A DNA stretch of 63,281 bases, the filler included, from Lenisia limosa (Eukaryota; Protista; Breviatea), in NCBI GenBank assembly GCA_001655205.1. It is 16 parts of 16 records of this genome, joined end to end, with 100 filler letters (N's around TTAATTAATTAA, not from the genome) between each part and the next. Parts side by side here need not be neighbours in the genome. Positions count along the whole stretch, not along the records: positions 58,461 to 63,281 come from LPNZ01004921.1; 15 more parts are not named here. The stretch is one strand, 5' to 3'. Below the pieces are notes generated by a model, which saw only the letters and a program-made list of their open reading frames with translations, ran no database searches and had not been told where the DNA came from. Within the stretch, counting starts at the first letter, position 1; the number at the start of each line of letters is the position of its first letter. The translations under genes and the position numbers were made by a program. Of the stretch, positions 58,735-63,281 are shown piece after piece.

Positions 58735-61700
58735 CTATTGAGCCCGACTATCGAACTCCGTCTGCTTCCGGAGGCACCCCTAGAGGAGTAATATTGGAAA
58801 ATTTATGAAACAAACAAGCCCANNNNNNNNNNNNNNNNNNNNNNNNNNNNNNNNNNNNNNNNNNNNNNNNNNNNNNNNNNNNNNNNNNNNNNNNNNNNNN
58901 NNNNNNNNNNNNNNNNNNNNNNNNNNNNNNNNNNNAAATAAAAACCCAAAAACAACTCTGTGAAGGGGATTGAAATGGGCAAGGTTCTATTGAAGCGATA
59001 GGACGGTTCAGATGATCAATTCTTTGTAATTCCATTGGGTAACAACTTTCCCACATATTAGCACCCCCCCTCCCCCACGATTTTGACATTCTTCTCTTCC
59101 GCCTGCGAGCTCTTTCCTTGGCTGCTTCGTCTGCAAGCCTACAAAACATTACCTTCAAGCCTACAAAGCAATAACATTACATTCAAAGAATAAGAGCAAA
59201 CAAGATGGCAACCCGCATGATAATATCCTTGTGATAGTTATGGCATCACTTCAGTTCAGAAAAAAATCGGAAAAATATTGATAGTTTTCGAGGATTTATC
59301 GAGAAATTCAGTCTTTTTTGGGCCGAAGTGAAGCCCTAATTATAGTGCCCGAACAAACCTAGCTTCTTCAGCAAGCCGTTCATCTTCGAGTCGAGCCATC
59401 TCTTGACGAAGACTTTCTTCCTCAGCTTCCCTCTGGAGCTGCAACCGCCTGAAACATTAGTTGGAATTGACATCATAGTGTAATGGAAAATAAAAAACAA
59501 GTTTGCATCTGACTGAAGCCGCCCACACCATCATATTGATTTTAGTATCATACCATCATTTCACCCCTTACAACTCTGTCAATATATCCATGACAACTTT
59601 CGATCTTATTTATCTTGACATATACATATGTGAACTTTGGGGGTTCCCACTGTCCGAAAAAGACCATGAAAGCCTCGATATTTATAGAGAAATATACCAG
59701 AAATTTGAAGAAGCCCAATGATACACAGTCCCATATGCCTAACCATTTATAGATTTATGCATCCCAAGGTCACAGCTCACTTTTCCTCTTCTACACGAGC
59801 CCTTTCTTCTGCTTCCCTCATCTTCATTTTTTCCGCCGGCGCAAGCTCCGTACTCGAGATACTCACCTAATCAGGTCAACAAAGAAATGCGTATCATGAA
59901 GAGACGGGAATAAGATTTGATACTATGAGTCATTAAAAAGCAATATGTGGCAAAACATTCATCAAACCATAGTCGGATGGTCTAATCTCAGATCAGTAAA
60001 AGCAATGTAGTACGTTCCTAAGGTCGTCAGGGGATGAGTTGCGGTATACTGATAGGGCTTCACTTTGGTTCGAAAAAGACCGGTAAAATATCGAAAGTTT
60101 TCGGGGATTTATCGATAAATTCAGTTATTTTTTTTAGAACCGAAGTGAAGCCAAAGGTACGACCGTGATAAGTCTTGAAACGATTGGCAAAAGATTAAGC
60201 TCAATATCCCTGAAGGAACTTATCTATCACAATCAGTGTACATCCCAAGCTACCCAATTTGATGATACTACCCCTTTTAATTCCTTGTTTTTGCATCTTG
60301 CACCCTTCTAGCATCCTATATTGTGTCCTCTTGTACCCCCCCAAAATATTTAGAAATGGGAAATAAAAAAAGGTAGTATCTGGTCGAAGCCGTCCACAGA
60401 ATCACGCCTATAAGAGATATTGGATTATAGTATCGGGTCGAAGCCTTCCACACAATCCCGCTCGTAAGAGATATTGGATAACAGTTTAATATCAATTCAC
60501 TCATTATATAAACGCATACCAGACTGGAGCGCAGGAGTGCTGGCAGTGTTGAGGGTGAGGGTGCATGCGGAAGTGTTCGGTTGGAGGTTGACAGAGAGAT
60601 CGTAAGCGTCTTCACTCGGGATGTCTTCATGACGAAGGAAAAGAGCTGTAAGGTTATGCAGCAAGAAGGCTGTAAGGGATGTGATGCAGCAAGAAAGATG
60701 TAAGATGTTATGCAGCAAGAGGGCTGTAAGGGAGAGGAAATTGAAGAAGAGCCTAAGAAAGAAAGGATGCCTACTGGTGTCAAAAACAGTTTCCTGAATT
60801 TTATCTGCTCGTAGCTCAACCTCCAAAGTGTCGAACACTGACGATATTGTGACTAAGCGAGTTATTTATTTGAAGTGAAGTCTCCATTGAAACTAGGATC
60901 ACAGAGATCCAGCGGTTCATATAATGCTATCCACCCTACTGAGGTAATAGCGCCAGCCGGGGCGATCAGGGTGCGTGGGGGGCACAGGGTTGATCTAAAG
61001 TGTGAGGGGGGAAAGTGCAAAAAGATGTAGCATAACAATTCAGAAAAAAAAGTCGCGGGCATTTTAACCAGTTAAAGATTATCACTATTCATTCCCATTA
61101 TCTCAGCATGTACACGTTCAAATATTATTTCTTTTTGACGAATATGTCTATTATCATATGTAGTGACGTATTTCAGGAGTTCCGTTTTTAATGGGAAAAG
61201 CACTGAAAGAGAGACAGCTTGTCCCCTGCCTATTTTCATGATATTTACTGAGACAATATAATGTGACGAATATGGACTGTATGAATAGAACAGCAATTGA
61301 CAGAGAACTCTGCATCCTGGGCCAGCCATAGGTCCATTTGAGATGGTTAAAAAGCAATATTCCCAGTTACAGTGACATCATAGGAAGCCCTACACATTTC
61401 TGCCAAGCCAACCTCAATGCCCTTGGGAGTAGTCAAGTACATGAACACGGGGGGGAAAGGCCCCATGCCAAGCTCGCGAAGATGCTCACGCCGCTTGATG
61501 ATGAACTCGCTTTCCTGTGGTTGCTGAGTCTCTTCAACTCGTGGTTCTGCATCACCAGACGCTGCGGCCTCAGGAGCATTGGGCTCTTCTTCACCTGATG
61601 GAGCGGCATCGCCTTCTTCTGTTGTTGCGGGAGCTTTTTGATCAACCTCGGTTTGAGAGGGCGCAGAATCCTCAGTGGCCGGCTGTGAGGCTGTTTCGTC

Positions 61701-61943
61701 CCGTGCTTCTGTCTCAATATTGCTTGCTGACTCTGATAAAGGCTCAGAAGGCTCGGGATTCTCAACTGGTGACGGAGGAAGAAGCCCCAGAGCTGCTATA
61801 GGGTCAACATCTTCGGGATCGTGCTGTGGGACGATCCAAACGTGATTAGGTGGTACAACAAGGCTAATACCGGTCCCCTCATAGCCAACAGCTTGCGAGG
61901 CAACTTCCGTTACAACCCCCACGGAGGCTACACCGTCTTCCAT
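58735..61943 (-). CDS. Hypothetical protein with acidic N-terminus and E/R-rich coiled-coil C-terminus
   Basis: ATG 61943 opens a long acidic exon; later exons RLQLQREAEEESLRQEMARLEDERLAEEAR and RLADEAAKERARRRKR; in-frame TAG at 58735-58737. Confidence 0.6.
60645..60735 (-). repeat. ~27-bp tandem repeat duplicating a 3' splice site
   Basis: Minus-strand units CTTGCTGCATAACCTTACAG; the last gives the acceptor of exon ALFLRHEDIPSED. Confidence 0.75.
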
Positions 61944-62189
61944 TATTCTTTATACCACAAATAACCTACAAATACACTATTGATAACTGATAATTAGGAG
62001 GACAACCGATTTCAAAAAATTATTTTAAAGAAAACTGGTACAAACCGTGGCCAAACCCCAGCAACAAGAACTGTCACTGCTTTTCGCTCTCCTTTTCATG
62101 CTCTTCACTGCTTAGGCTTACAGTAACAAAAGCTTTATAAGCCATTACCACCAGCATACTCGGAACCTCCTTCTTCCCAGCTCTCTGAG

Positions 62190-63199
62190 ATGGATGTGAT
62201 TGCCGAAAAGCTGGCTCGACAAGACCCCACGCTGCCATGCCTCAATCTTCAGGTTTGGCAACAAAGCTATACTGATGTACCATGGTCTTGTTCTGACGCT
62301 TCAGGGTTTTGTTGCTGGAGATTCGGGGCTTGAGAGTATCAAAGAAGGGTGGGTGATCGATCGACTTGCTGGAATTCATTTATGCTTATCAACATGCCTG
62401 TTGGACAAGAGAAGAGTTTTTTCTTTTCATTTTCTTGGCGGTTATTATATTTATTGTCCATTGTTCTGTTTGTAGCAAATGGATGGGTTGGTGATTTGTT
62501 TCTTAAATCACTTCGGACAGATGCTTTCAGAAACCATTGTTTACACATACACTGACCACAATAAGTCCTGACTCGATTGACTATATCCGTGTCAGGACTT
62601 TTCGCGGTCAATATATACTATGTCTAATTGTCTGTTCCGGGCAAACTCATATTGTGTTGTGACTTGTGTCTGATCCTAACAATCTCTCTGTTTCTATAAG
62701 AGAAAGGAATATGTCTCTCTGTTTCTGTATCACTCTTGCCAATACTGTAGGTTGGAGAACTCCACAGTTGTCGACTCATTGAACCTCCGATTCAACAAGC
62801 TCAGCGACGCCGGCGCCCTATTTCTCGCAAATATTCTCCTTAAAAATCAGTCTGTCATCTCATTGGACCTGAGATACAATGAAAGTAGGCTAGTTTTGGG
62901 GTGGGAACGCGATTTTTTCCAGTCCCAGTCCAGATTTATTCTCGGATTGAATCTGGTTAAGTCGTCTTAGAATTGTGTCGTTTGATTTCAGATTGTATGG
63001 TCTTATTCGGACCAGAATCCCTAAATAGGACGAGATAATATCTTCAAAGGCACAATTCAATTTTTTGTCATATTTATTTATAGTAGTAGTATATGATATC
63101 ATATATATTCTTGATCTCAACAAACCAGTCGGCGACCAGGGTGCGAGCGCGCTGTCAAGAGTTCTCACAAAACGGCGTCTTGAGACCCTTAATCTCTCT
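62190..63199 (+). CDS. RNI-like leucine-rich repeat protein (5' exons, partial)
   Basis: MDVIAEKLARQDPTLPCLNLQ; LENSTVVDSLNLRFNKLSDAGALFLANILLKNQSVISLDLRYNE; GDQGASALSRVL. Confidence 0.85.
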
Positions 63200-63281
63200 G
63201 TTGGTGGTCTTGCCTTATATAGTAGACCTGTCTTTACTGTATTATGATTCAGTGAAATTGGTTTTTATTGGGGGGGGGGGG

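Noticed and set aside
46095-58737. Possible stop-codon reassignment (in-frame TAG near 46098 and at 58735, TGA at 47231)
   Set aside because: The long Gln-rich exons (12217-13003, 42060-42590, 61400-61943) and all conserved helicase, CEPT, hydrolase and LRR exons I translated contain no in-frame TAG, TAA or TGA. The standard code fits and these are isolated cases.

Overview
This is not one contiguous locus. It is a concatenation of 16 short scaffolds from an intron-dense eukaryotic (protist-like) draft genome. The scaffolds are joined by 15 artificial 100-nt linkers (44 N + TTAATTAATTAA + 44 N) and carry internal N gaps, many next to G/C homopolymers. Genes are split into small exons (mostly about 50-150 nt) with GT-AG introns, so the ORF track misses most of them; I spliced them by eye and coordinates are approximate. 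Recognisable genes or fragments: a DEAH/RHA helicase most like TDRD9/spindle-E, three class III nucleotide-cyclase genes (one acylated soluble-AC-like, one catalytically degenerate, one multi-TM), a Vip1/BPA1-type RRM protein, a PP2C-like phosphatase, a choline/ethanolamine phosphotransferase, an ABHD-type hydrolase, a multi-DUF11 protein, a REJ/PKD-like protein, NHL- and ASH/MSP-like proteins, two RNI-like LRR genes and a disrupted ParB/Srx-domain ORF. The most striking signal is non-coding. Introns are populated by three dispersed repeat families: (B) hAT-type MITEs with TAGGG termini and 8-bp target duplications; (C) a ~130-bp family co-oriented with the host gene wherever a host could be assigned, often ending at the 3' splice AG; (A) a ~150-bp family with a similar but weaker orientation bias. 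Many introns also begin GTGGGGG and/or end CCCCCAG, and several tandem duplications straddle splice junctions. No rRNA, tRNA or CRISPR array was recognised. The organism cannot be named from this window.
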